Below are positions 43,888-53,648 of a DNA stretch of 64,000 nt, in pieces. The stretch comes from Bacteroidota bacterium (GTDB taxonomy: Bacteria > Bacteroidota > Ignavibacteria > Kryptoniales > JAKASW01). The translations under genes and the position numbers were made by a program. Positions within the stretch are counted from its first letter, which is position 1; each line of letters opens with the position of its first letter. Under the pieces are notes generated by a model that saw only the letters and a program-made list of their open reading frames with translations, was not told the origin of the DNA and did not search any database. Where the stretch lies: NCBI GenBank assembly GCA_021825585.1, contig JAKAGT010000009.1:90915-154914 (forward strand), written 5' to 3'.

Positions 43888-44180
43888 CTCCTTCGTGCTT
43901 CTCCAATTTCCGACGCGGTCCGGTCTTGTTCCGGGCCGCGTTCCGTCTTGAGCAACCGACCGTCGTTCGGCCTTCGACCAGAAACCTACATCGGCGAAAT
44001 TTGGGTGTAACCCGGTTTGCGCGATTCATTCTGCCGAACTTGATTCAGCATCCGGTTTTCGGACCCGGAACAAGTTCGGGGTGACAACAGAAATTGAAAA
44101 CGAGTCGCTACCGAAGTTCGACTTTCTTATGAATTGTCCATAATTTATGGCGTCAGGACAGGAAACCGTCGGAGGGTAAG

Positions 44181-47100
44181 ATGGTGTTCACGGATATCGC
44201 CAAAAGTGCGCTCGTTTTCGCAGTTGCCGCATCAGCCGAATCTGCATATCCACAGGTCAAGATCAACGAGATATTGTATGCTCCTTCGGGAGGTGCACCG
44301 GAGTGGGTCGAACTGTTCAACCCTTCATCCGACAGCATGAACGTCAGGAACTGGAGTATCAAAAACAAGAACGATAAACCATATACGCTCACGGAATCAG
44401 ATTTCTACATTCTGCCCAAAGATTTTCTTGTGATAACAAAGTCCGACACGATTTTCAGGTTTCATCCTGCGATTCCATCACGCGTTCTCATTTGCCCCTC
44501 GCTTCCGGTTGCCTTCATGGCAAATAGCGGAGACACAATTTCCGTTTCCGATTCCTCAGGAATTATGGTCGACTCGGTTTTTTACAAACCAGCGTGGGGT
44601 GGCTCAGGCGGAAAGTCGCTTGAGAGAATCTCTGTGGGTGATTCTCCTTTCACGAGCACAAACTGGGGCACGTGCAGGGACTCGTCGGGCAGCACTCCGG
44701 GAGAAAAGAACAGCATCGCTGCGAAGCAGCACGACCTGGGGATAAAACTTTTTTCCGCCGCCATCAGCGCGGAGGAGTCGGAATGCAGATTCAAACTGAC
44801 GGTCGGGAATTCCGGGAAGAACAACGCGGTCGATTATGCTGTCCGCGTTTTTGTCGACTACAACGCGGACCATGTCCCGCAGGCAGGCGAACTCGCGGCT
44901 TCATTGATTAATCCTCCGGAACTCTCACCAGGAGACTCGGCAGAACTGGTGCTGGTGTCGGTTCTCACAGCGCACCGCAGAGTGGATGCCTGTGCCGAAG
45001 CGAAATACGATTCCGACGAAGACATGACGAACAATATCATGTGGACAAAGCTGGACATCTCGTATCCGCATCATTCTCTCGTCGTAAATGAGATTATGTA
45101 TGCCCCGGTCTATCCTATGCCTGAGTGGGTAGAACTTCTTAACCAGTCGCGTGATTCTGTCGACCTGTGCGGCTTTACTATTGGCGACAATTCAAACGCG
45201 AAAGCCGCAATATCCGGGAACGGCTATATGCTGGCCCCGGGTGAGTTCGTCGTGGTCGCCGACGATTCTGCCTTCATCGGTCTGTATCCTCAGCTCAGCG
45301 GAAAGGTTCTGGTTGCGAAGATTCCATCACTCAACAATTCCGGGGACGCAGCTGTCATCCGTGATTGCTCCGGCGGAGTCATCGACAGCGTCTACTACTA
45401 CTCATCATGGGGCGGCAACATCGGCGGAAAATCGCTCGAGAGAATCCTTCCCGGCGGCAGGTCCGACGATCCGCAAAACTTCGAAACATGTACCGATCCT
45501 TCCGGATCAACTCCGTGCTTCATAAACAGTGTCACGCCGCGCGACAACGATATTGCTATTGGAAATATCGCGGTCTCCCCTCTTTCGATTCAATCCGGCA
45601 ACAGCGCCAAAGTGCAGGTCAACGTTCTAAATGTGGGACTGAATGCAGCGGAGGATTTCTCGGTCCTATTGTTCAATGATCTAAACATCAACGGTTCATG
45701 CGAGCCGAATGAATTGTTGGATTCGGTGCGGGTGGACGTACTAGGCACCGGTGATTCCACCGGTGTAACCTTACACACGGGGGCTTTGAATTACGGGACT
45801 TACCACCTCTGTACGCTTGCAAAATACCCGGGGGACCAACGGCCAAATAATAACGTCCGCACACTTCTCCTCAACGTCGGCCTCCCTCCGGAGTCGGTCG
45901 TCATAAATGAAATTATGTATGCGCCGAAGCCGCCGGAGTATGAATGGATAGAGTTATACAACACCGGGAGTTCCACCGTGGATCTCTCGGATTTCAGAAT
46001 CGTCACCCGTGGCGGATCTTCCGCAATCTCGGACGGGTCACTCCTGGGTCCGCACGATTTCGCCGTCCTCTGCAGAGATTCATCGGTCTCTCTGGCCCAC
46101 AAGCCTGTCAGGAATCTCATTATCCAGCCGATTCCGTCACTGAGCAACAACGGCGACGGCGCGGGATTGCGCGATAACCTCGGCAACCTGCTGGACACGA
46201 TGAGTTACCGGCCCTCTTTCGGCGGCTCGGGTGGAAAGTCTCTGGAACGGGTGGATTACCTCGCTGTCGGCGATTCAACAAATTGGCACGAAACCTACGA
46301 CTCGACTGGAGCTACGCCCGGCGCCGAGAACAGCGTGGCGATCCTTTCGTACGACGTTGCAGTGAAAAGAATAGAATCGCCGTTGACCGATCCCGGCGTT
46401 TCTGAGGCCCGAACCGTCGCGGTGACCGTACACAATGCGGGCAGGAATCAGATTGATGGGGTGGCAGCGTCCGTGCAAATTTCAAGTACGCTCGACGAGT
46501 CCGTCGCCTTCTCGGAAACCCGCGGCATCAGTCAGCCGTTGTCACCTGAAGACACCGCTCGAGTCGAGTTTGTTTTCGTACCGGCTCGTCCAGGTACATA
46601 TCTGGTTCTTGCAAGGGCATCGCAGCGGCTCGACAGCCGCTCAAGGAACGATACGCTCTCGGCACTCATTAACGTGAGATATCAGCCGACGGCACTCGTG
46701 ATCAACGAAATCATGTACAGTAGCGGGTCGATGGGTGAGTACTTTGAGATTTTCAACGCGTCGGAAAGCACCGTCGATCTTCGTGAGTGGACCTGGCATA
46801 CGAACCAATCAAAACGTTTCCTGGTTTCTGCGGGTGCCAGGCCTATCACCCCGGGCGGATTTTACACAATCGGCAGCGACTCGTCAATTCTGGAATTCAT
46901 AAGTGATACCGGATGCGTGACTATGTCAGGATCGCTTAAACTGCGTGACGAAGGCGACTGCGTCGTTATTTCGGATCCGTCGGGAAATCAGGTCGACAGC
47001 GTCTACTATTTGCCATCATGGCACAACGCGGACATAGCAAAGACGTCAGGCAGATCACTGGAGAGAATCAATCCGCGACTTCCCTCCAACGACAGGACGA

Positions 47101-47501
47101 GCTGGTCGACTTCCGTTTCACAGACAGGCGGCACTCCCGGAAGCAGGAACAGCCTGTTTGTTTCCGGTGAAACTGCCGCCGGAGGAATTACCGTCGAGCC
47201 AAACCCGTTTTCACCTGACGGAGATGGACATGACGATTTCACATTCATTAATTATTCCTTTCAGACTTCATCAGTCAGGACGCGTGTACGAATATTCGAC
47301 TCGGTCGGGAGGCTCATCGCGACGCCTTTCGACAACCTGGTTCTCCCTTCTAAGGGAAGGCTGGTTTGGGACGGAAGAGACGCTTCCGGGAAGATTGTCA
47401 GGTTTGGTTTGTATATTATGTTTGTGGAAGTAACAGGACCGGATGGAAATAATCTGATGACATACAAGAGGCCGATCGTGATCGCGAAGCGGATGAGGTG
47501 A
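44181..47501 (+). CDS. Giant secreted protein with four lamin-tail domains and a FlgD-Ig / type-B-like C-terminal domain
   Basis: Four repeats of (I/V)NEI(L/M)Y(A/S)...(E/Y)(W/F)(V/I/E)E(L/I)(F/L/Y)N...GGSGGKSLER, spaced by CARDB-like modules. The C-terminus is VEPNPFSPDGDGHDDFTFINY...FGLYIMFVEV. GGAGGG precedes ATG 44181. Confidence 0.8.
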   Translation: MVFTDIAKSALVFAVAASAESAYPQVKINEILYAPSGGAPEWVELFNPSSDSMNVRNWSIKNKNDKPYTLTESDFYILPKDFLVITKSDTIFRFHPAIPSRVLICPSLPVAFMANSGDTISVSDSSGIMVDSVFYKPAWGGSGGKSLERISVGDSPFTSTNWGTCRDSSGSTPGEKNSIAAKQHDLGIKLFSAAISAEESECRFKLTVGNSGKNNAVDYAVRVFVDYNADHVPQAGELAASLINPPELSPGDSAELVLVSVLTAHRRVDACAEAKYDSDEDMTNNIMWTKLDISYPHHSLVVNEIMYAPVYPMPEWVELLNQSRDSVDLCGFTIGDNSNAKAAISGNGYMLAPGEFVVVADDSAFIGLYPQLSGKVLVAKIPSLNNSGDAAVIRDCSGGVIDSVYYYSSWGGNIGGKSLERILPGGRSDDPQNFETCTDPSGSTPCFINSVTPRDNDIAIGNIAVSPLSIQSGNSAKVQVNVLNVGLNAAEDFSVLLFNDLNINGSCEPNELLDSVRVDVLGTGDSTGVTLHTGALNYGTYHLCTLAKYPGDQRPNNNVRTLLLNVGLPPESVVINEIMYAPKPPEYEWIELYNTGSSTVDLSDFRIVTRGGSSAISDGSLLGPHDFAVLCRDSSVSLAHKPVRNLIIQPIPSLSNNGDGAGLRDNLGNLLDTMSYRPSFGGSGGKSLERVDYLAVGDSTNWHETYDSTGATPGAENSVAILSYDVAVKRIESPLTDPGVSEARTVAVTVHNAGRNQIDGVAASVQISSTLDESVAFSETRGISQPLSPEDTARVEFVFVPARPGTYLVLARASQRLDSRSRNDTLSALINVRYQPTALVINEIMYSSGSMGEYFEIFNASESTVDLREWTWHTNQSKRFLVSAGARPITPGGFYTIGSDSSILEFISDTGCVTMSGSLKLRDEGDCVVISDPSGNQVDSVYYLPSWHNADIAKTSGRSLERINPRLPSNDRTSWSTSVSQTGGTPGSRNSLFVSGETAAGGITVEPNPFSPDGDGHDDFTFINYSFQTSSVRTRVRIFDSVGRLIATPFDNLVLPSKGRLVWDGRDASGKIVRFGLYIMFVEVTGPDGNNLMTYKRPIVIAKRMR

Positions 47502-47574
47502 AGATGGCGAAAGCGAAGTCTCGACACTCTGTGGCTCATTCCGGAAGTCTCTCACCCGAACCGGAGGATCTGTT

Positions 47575-48120
47575 ATGAAGGCTAGTGAGAGCATGATTTC
47601 TCGTGAGGTCATTGAGGACAGAATATTCGTGATCCGAGGACGGCGCGTTATGTTGGATTTTCATCTTGCAGAATTGTACGGTGTACCCACAAAGTCTCTG
47701 AACCTGGCCGTGAAACGGAATCGGAGCCGTTTCCCCGAAGACTTCATGTTCCGGCTGGATTCGTCAGAAAGCGGAGAAGTCGAGAAGGTTTTGAGGTTTC
47801 AAATTGAAACCTCAAACAACAGAAGCCGCGGCGGCAGGCGCTACCTCCCGTACGCATTCACCGAGCAGGGGGTCGCAATGCTGTCCGGCGTACTGCGAAG
47901 TGAAAGAGCTATTCAGGCAAATATCGCCATAATGCGGGCATTTGTAAGACTGAGGGAGATGATTTCGACCCACAAAGAACTCGCTGCCGAATTGAAGCAG
48001 CTTGAAATGAAGCTTGAAAAACACGACGAAGAGATACAGGCAATCTTCCAGGCGATCGCGGAACTGATGGCTCCCCCGCCGGAAAAGCCGAAACATCCAA
48101 TCGGATTCTTCAGGGAGTAA
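47575..48120 (+). CDS. ORF6N (KilA-N-related) DNA-binding domain protein
   Basis: IRGRRVMLDFHLAELYGVPTKSLNLAVKRNRSRFPEDFMFRL...RGGRRYLPYAFTEQGVAMLSGVLRSERAIQANIAIMRAFVRLR is the ORF6N signature. Confidence 0.8.
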   Translation: MKASESMISREVIEDRIFVIRGRRVMLDFHLAELYGVPTKSLNLAVKRNRSRFPEDFMFRLDSSESGEVEKVLRFQIETSNNRSRGGRRYLPYAFTEQGVAMLSGVLRSERAIQANIAIMRAFVRLREMISTHKELAAELKQLEMKLEKHDEEIQAIFQAIAELMAPPPEKPKHPIGFFRE

Positions 48121-48129
48121 AAGCCGACG

Positions 48130-50700
48130 ATGAATCTAACAGAAGAGCATTCCGCACTACAGGAAAGAATTTCTTTATACATTACCGCACTTCAGAATGA
48201 GATCGAGGCATTGCGGAACTACTCCTCGCGCAATTATTCCCTGTCGACGGGAAAATTCTTGGGCAATGCAGAGACGGAGTTTCTCTATGAGTTCCGACTT
48301 GAAGATGAAACCAGAATCATCGAGGACACGCCTGTCGAGATTGAAGTCTCTGACGACACGACGCGCGGCACCGTCATTGCCATCGAGGGGGATCGGATCG
48401 TGTTCCTGCTGCAGAATCATATCGGCGACTCTGTCGAACAGGCAATACTCCGGACGGCGCCTTTCTTCCTCCTCGAACAGCTGATCGAACGGCTCGAAGG
48501 ACTTGAGGACAAAGATGTCGGAATCGTAGAAACGCTTTTCGGCGATGACGGCGACCAGGAGGGCGAGGCGGATCTGTCGCTCGACCCGAAGCAGCTGAAC
48601 GAGTTCCAGGTCAATGCGGCACGCTCCGTCTTAAGACGCCCCGTTTCTTTCGTATGGGGACCTCCCGGCACCGGCAAGACTCAGACTCTCGCGTTCGCGG
48701 CGGCGAACCTCGTCGCGAGCGGCGAGAAAGTGCTCATCATATCCAACACCAACATTGCGGTCGATATCGCGCTCGAAAAAACGCTCGAGTATCTGCAGGA
48801 ACAGAACGAGTACTTCGAGGGAAAATTTGTCAGGTTCGGAATCCCCAGACTCCCCGAGCTTGCGGACTTCCCGTGGTCTCTGCCACAATATGTCGCACGT
48901 GACAAAAACCCGGGGCTGTACGCCACGATCGGAAAAATCGAAACCGACATCCAGGCAGTAATGACCAGGATGAGAAACCCGCGTTCCCGGCGCGGAACAA
49001 ACCAGGAGAAGCTCGGAAACCTTCGCGAGCAGCTATACTCGTTGCGTGAGGAGGCCTACGGCAAGGAGAGTAAGATAGTCCAGCAGGCAAACCTGGTCGG
49101 CTGCACAGCTGCCAAGGCGGCAATCTCATCACAAGTGTTCTCTCGCAGATTCGACGCAGTTCTAATCGACGAGGCGAGTATGTTATACCTGCCGTACGTC
49201 GTCTATGCCGCCGCCCTTGCAAAAAACCGCGTGGCCATCTTCGGCGATTTCATGCAAATTCCGCCAATTACACAGTCTTCGACGCGGGTGCTGAACGTGC
49301 TCGCGAAAGATATCTTCCGTGAGACAAAGATGCACAAGTACATGTCGAAACCGCATCCGCGCATGAGCGTCCTTGAAATCCAGTACCGCATGCAGCTTCC
49401 GATTATGGAGCTGGTCAACGACAGAATTTATGCGGGAAGGCTGAAGGCAAGTCAGCAGATAAAAGCGTCAGAGCAAAAGCAAGAACCTGTCGTCTTTTAT
49501 GATACGTCGGCCCTTCGGTCGCACACATTTCGTGAGGCAACTTCGAACAGCAGAGTCAACATACTTTCCGGGATCGCAGCAATCGATCTCGGAGTCGAGT
49601 CGCTCAAGCGCGGAGCGAAAACGGTGGGCTTAATCACTCCCTACAGAGCGCAGGCACGATTCCTCCGCAGCGTCCTGAACAGTATGAACCTCGACAGCGC
49701 CGTCATCTCCGCCGCAACTGTGCACACATTTCAGGGAAACGAGCGCGACGTAATCGTTTTCGATTTCGTGGACGACAACCCCCTCCCGCTTGGGGTGCTC
49801 CTGTCGACTTACGACAGAGAACACGATGATATCTCGGAAGGAGAGCGTCTCCTGAACGTTGCAATGACACGGGCAAAGAAACGTCTTCTCTTCGTCGGCA
49901 ATCACGAGTACCTCCTGTCGAAATCGAGCGAGGATTCCCTGCTCAGGTTCGTTCTGAGGTCGCTGCAGCGCGATAAATCGATATCGACACTTCAGATGGA
50001 TGACAAAAGCGGAAAGTACTATATCGGCAAGAACCTGACCGCGCTTTCAGTACATCACGGGTTCGTGGACAGCACGATACCTCTTCTGAGGGACATACAG
50101 GGATCGTCCGAAGAGCTGAAACTCGTTCAGCCTGTGAAGGCAAAACTGCAATTTTTCAAATATGTCCTCAACAAGGAAGTGGAGACGTCAAAAGAATTCG
50201 CCTCGCTCGAAATGAGCGTCCTGCAGCAGAAGCTTAAGAACACGAATCTCATCACCTCAGACAAGTCGGATCTTTTCTTCTGGCTGATCGACGGGAAGAT
50301 ACTCCACGTATTCGATATCCTCGGGCGCGACAAGCTTTTCAGCCTGCGGTTAGCCGTACCTGAGATTGCGAAGGTGTTCAACTACGTACTCCCGAGAAGG
50401 AGTTCCAAGCTGACGGGCACCGGCAACAAGGCAGTCGACGCCCACTGCGCCGTCTGCGGCGGCAAGATGGAGCTGAAGGAAATGCGGGGGATGATCGTGG
50501 CGCAGTGCGCAGACAGCCAGTGCGTCACAGTGCCTGCGGACGGTAAGATTATCGAAGCGGTGCTCGAGGTGAACGGCGAGAGTTGCCCGGTCTGCGCGGG
50601 CAAGATTCGCGTAAAGAAAGGACGGCGGGGATTTTTCGCCGGTTGCGCGAACTACCCCGGCTGCGCATGGACGGCCGAGCTGGGAGAAATATTGAAATGA
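48130..50700 (+). CDS. Superfamily-1 (Upf1/DNA2-like, AAA_11/AAA_12) helicase with C-terminal topoisomerase-type zinc ribbons
   Basis: Walker A VWGPPGTGKTQTL, motif II VLIDEASM, QYRM, TVHTFQGNERDVIVFDF and NVAMTRAKKRL. The C-terminus is CAVCGGKMELK...AQCADSQC and CPVCAGKIRVKKGRRGFFAGCANYPGC (zf-C4_Topoisom-like). It starts 10 nt after the ORF6N stop. Confidence 0.85.
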   Translation: MNLTEEHSALQERISLYITALQNEIEALRNYSSRNYSLSTGKFLGNAETEFLYEFRLEDETRIIEDTPVEIEVSDDTTRGTVIAIEGDRIVFLLQNHIGDSVEQAILRTAPFFLLEQLIERLEGLEDKDVGIVETLFGDDGDQEGEADLSLDPKQLNEFQVNAARSVLRRPVSFVWGPPGTGKTQTLAFAAANLVASGEKVLIISNTNIAVDIALEKTLEYLQEQNEYFEGKFVRFGIPRLPELADFPWSLPQYVARDKNPGLYATIGKIETDIQAVMTRMRNPRSRRGTNQEKLGNLREQLYSLREEAYGKESKIVQQANLVGCTAAKAAISSQVFSRRFDAVLIDEASMLYLPYVVYAAALAKNRVAIFGDFMQIPPITQSSTRVLNVLAKDIFRETKMHKYMSKPHPRMSVLEIQYRMQLPIMELVNDRIYAGRLKASQQIKASEQKQEPVVFYDTSALRSHTFREATSNSRVNILSGIAAIDLGVESLKRGAKTVGLITPYRAQARFLRSVLNSMNLDSAVISAATVHTFQGNERDVIVFDFVDDNPLPLGVLLSTYDREHDDISEGERLLNVAMTRAKKRLLFVGNHEYLLSKSSEDSLLRFVLRSLQRDKSISTLQMDDKSGKYYIGKNLTALSVHHGFVDSTIPLLRDIQGSSEELKLVQPVKAKLQFFKYVLNKEVETSKEFASLEMSVLQQKLKNTNLITSDKSDLFFWLIDGKILHVFDILGRDKLFSLRLAVPEIAKVFNYVLPRRSSKLTGTGNKAVDAHCAVCGGKMELKEMRGMIVAQCADSQCVTVPADGKIIEAVLEVNGESCPVCAGKIRVKKGRRGFFAGCANYPGCAWTAELGEILK

Positions 50701-50733
50701 CGCAGTCATGAAACAAATTCCGGAGGATTCGAT

Positions 50734-51505
50734 GTGAAGGCTCAAATGTCGTTGATCCCCTTTGGAATATCAAGATGGGGCGGCACAAGGAAACTGCCTT
50801 ACGCGTTTCGAGTAACCGACATCTACGGTCACGTTCTTGTCGAGAGCACCGGCGCGCGTTTCCGTCGGCAATCGATACGACGCTACAGCCGTATACGGTC
50901 AGAGTTCCGGATAACTACATCTCCACCAGGAAATATCCGCTGCTCGTAATGCTCCACGGCAGCGGGTCCGACGATCGGGCATGCTCGGCGGAACGGAGCT
51001 GACGGAAGGCGACTTCGTCGAAATTGCTCCCTACGACCGGGGCACTTCAAACTGCTTCACAACCGATGGCGCCGAAATCGATGTCAGGGAAGCCATCGAT
51101 GATGCGATTCGGAATTATGCCGTCGATACGGCCAGAATTGTCATCGCCGGATTTTCTATGGGCGGGTACGGTGCATACAGAATTTTCTACGAGTATCCCC
51201 GGTTATTCAAAGGAGTCGCCGTCTTTTCGGGGAATCCAAGCCTCGCAACAAGGTGGATCGGGGAAGGATTTCCCGACTTTCTCTACGAGAAATACTTGAA
51301 GCCATTCAACGGCGTCCCGGCATTCATTTGCCACAGCAAAAACGACCTGAATTGTCCGTACGAGCTTGCCAAGCGACTCGTCGGAAAGCTGGAGGCAGCC
51401 GGGGCAAAAGCCGAATTCGTCACAAGCAAAGAAGGCGGTCACGGAATCATCGATGCGGCAAACATATCTAAGTACTGCGAGTGGCTCAGGGGTGTAATCA
51501 AATAG
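50734..51505 (+). pseudogene. Alpha/beta-hydrolase (esterase / prolyl-oligopeptidase-type), at least two frameshifts
   Basis: The readable protein hops across three frames. 50734 frame: KLPYAFRVTDIYGHVLVESTGA. 50775 frame: FPSAIDTTLQPYTVRVPDNYISTRKYPLLVMLHGSGSDDR. 50981 frame: LGGTELTEGDFVEIAPYDRG...IAGFSMGGYGAY (nucleophile elbow)...GGHG. Confidence 0.6.
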
Positions 51506-51630
51506 AAGGCGGCGAGCCGGCAGGCTCGAAGGAAATCCTGAGAACGGGGGATCTGCAAGGAACATTTTGCGCGTGATAATCCGTTAACGAATTATCAGGA
51601 TGATCAACATCGAGTACGACAATTCGGCTC

Positions 51631-52875
51631 TTGCGGGCACCACATGTGAGTAACAAACCACACTCATGGCCCGCACCATGGGCGTTCGGCATTCTTATTC
51701 TTCCGGTCGCTGTTTATGTCGGCTTCACCGCGACGCCACTTCCGTTTCTCCTGAGCAAAGCCGGCGTTTCGGTCTATGAGATAGGAACTATCGGTTCACT
51801 TCTCCAGCTCCCGAACATTCTCGTTTTCCTCTGGGCACCTCTTGTCGACGTCAGGCTCCGCCGCAGGACGTGGCTGGTGATCTCCGCCGTTACAACCGCG
51901 GTACTCTTGTGGATAGCTCTGCCGTTGGTGGGTTCGGCAAGTCTGCATGTGCTAACGGCACTTCTGTTGATCGGCGGTATGACCATTTCGCTTGTACTGG
52001 CTTCATCCGGCGGACTCATGGTGACAACGCTATCTCCGGTTGAGCAATCAAAAGCCGCGGCCTGGAACCAGGCCGGTTACCTGGCCGGAGGTGCACTTGG
52101 TGGCGCACTTGTTTTATGGTTTGTGACCCGCCTCCCGGTCTTCTTCACAGGCATGATACTGGCGTTAGTACTTTGTCTTCCCGGACTGATCGCACTCACT
52201 CTTCCGGAGAAGGTACCGGCTGCATCGCACTGGTTTAAGGGACGGCTCTCTGCAATCAGCCGTGAGATCGGGGGGGTCTTCAAGGTCCCGGTGCGAAGAT
52301 GGAGCACTCTTCTCCTCATGGCACCCGCAGGCACGGGCGCAGCTCAACTTCTGCTGCCTGCGATCGCATCACATTATGGAGTCGGTGCATCGGGAGTCAT
52401 CTGGATAAACGGACTCGGTGGTGGGATCGCGCTCGCGGTCGGCTCGCTCATCGGTGCGCTGGTCCCCGGTGACTGGGACAGGCGGATTGTTTATGCGGCA
52501 GCCGGGCTCGCAAACGGCATTGCGGGAATCGTACTCATGGCGGTGAGCGGATCGACGGGTTACCTCATCGGCACGATTTTCTATCTCATCACTCAAGGAC
52601 TTTGCTGGGCGAGATTCACGGCACTCATTGTTGAGATCGTCGGACCTGACGCGCAGGATGTAAGCACGCTTTACAGCGCGTTGTCAGCAGCCGGAAGCAT
52701 TCCACTCGCATACATGACATGGCTCGACGGATTCGGATATTCACAGTTCGGTACTTCCGGACTTCTGCTCGCCGACGCAGCAGGAAACTTCCTCGTGTTC
52801 GCTGTAGTCATGGCGATATTCATTGCTCAAGGGCTGAAGTTCCGGCACGCTCCTGAAGCGGCGGCGGATAAATAG
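51631..52875 (+). CDS. MFS-type transporter (AmpG/PAT-like)
   Basis: About 12 hydrophobic helices and a loop motif PLVDVRLRRRTW after TM2 (the MFS D-R/K-x-G-R-R/K position). The start codon is uncertain. Confidence 0.7.
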   Translation: MRAPHVSNKPHSWPAPWAFGILILPVAVYVGFTATPLPFLLSKAGVSVYEIGTIGSLLQLPNILVFLWAPLVDVRLRRRTWLVISAVTTAVLLWIALPLVGSASLHVLTALLLIGGMTISLVLASSGGLMVTTLSPVEQSKAAAWNQAGYLAGGALGGALVLWFVTRLPVFFTGMILALVLCLPGLIALTLPEKVPAASHWFKGRLSAISREIGGVFKVPVRRWSTLLLMAPAGTGAAQLLLPAIASHYGVGASGVIWINGLGGGIALAVGSLIGALVPGDWDRRIVYAAAGLANGIAGIVLMAVSGSTGYLIGTIFYLITQGLCWARFTALIVEIVGPDAQDVSTLYSALSAAGSIPLAYMTWLDGFGYSQFGTSGLLLADAAGNFLVFAVVMAIFIAQGLKFRHAPEAAADK

Positions 52876-52974
52876 CGCCACGATCATTCACAGCGGAGGA
52901 AATCCGATGAATCAGCTGGCCGAGGTGAGGAGCTACTTCAGAAACCAGAATGAGCACCACCGAAGGAGATCGTT

Positions 52975-53155
52975 CTACCAAGAATGCACCGCTATTTGTG
53001 CCGGCATACCAGCCGTAGTTCCAAATCACGTTGTAGCTCATCTTCCTGTAAAGTGCGATTGCTTTGGGTTGTCTTTTCCCGATTTCCAATATGCACCCGT
53101 CGTATGACAATTCAGCGGCCCATTTCCCCCATTCCGTCCCGGCGGTGATGGGCAC
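52975..53155 (-). pseudogene. GNAT acetyltransferase C-terminal remnant
   Basis: ...CILEIGKRQPKAIALYRKMSYNVIWNYGWYAGTNSGAFLVERS mirrors the usual GNAT C-terminal pattern LETG..Q..A..LY...GY..I..YG.Y. There is no N-terminal half. The ORF reads on antisense into the MFS gene. Confidence 0.35.
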
Positions 53156-53158
53156 GTG

Positions 53159-53410
53159 TCAAAAGATGCGGATGAATCCCTGGTGCGCGCCATTCCCAAA
53201 AATGATCCCGGCGCCGATGCAGAAACCAAAGTCGTACCAACGTCCATTGTTTGTGGCTTCGTAAATACGAACGTCCTGTGTGAATAAACTGATGATGAAA
53301 GTTATTGGTGAGATCATGCCGTGCCATAATCCTCCCAGGAAACCAGCCGGCTTGGCACCTTCGAGCTTGTACTTCGATTTTGCTCCTGCTACCGACAGTA
53401 TGTTCGCCAC
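53159..53410 (-). CDS. Small membrane protein, unknown function
   Basis: 83 aa with two hydrophobic segments (GMISPITFIISLF, FGFCIGAGIIFG). No motif recognised. Confidence 0.4.
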   Translation of the reverse strand: MANILSVAGAKSKYKLEGAKPAGFLGGLWHGMISPITFIISLFTQDVRIYEATNNGRWYDFGFCIGAGIIFGNGAHQGFIRIF

Positions 53411-53648
53411 AGTTCCACCTCCTTATGATGGTTGATAATCTAAAGCCGTCTATGCCCGATCAGATCCAAGCACATAACCATAACCCTCGCGGCGGAAAGA
53501 TCGAAATGGTCCAGCCGGATGAGCATCGGATTTCGGCTCAATTTATGCGGATGTCCACGAAGAAACAATCTTCGACCTGGCTCGTCTGTCAGATATCCCT
53601 GTCAATTTTTCGGTTGCGCGCGAATGTGAAACTCGACTAGATTAGGAC

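Noticed and set aside
50269-50325. DLFFWLIDGKILHVFDILG in the helicase C-terminal region as a degenerate PLD HKD motif (Mokosh-like helicase+PLD)
   Set aside because: Both His and Lys of HxK are absent and there is no downstream GSxN. The resemblance rests on xxIDG alone.
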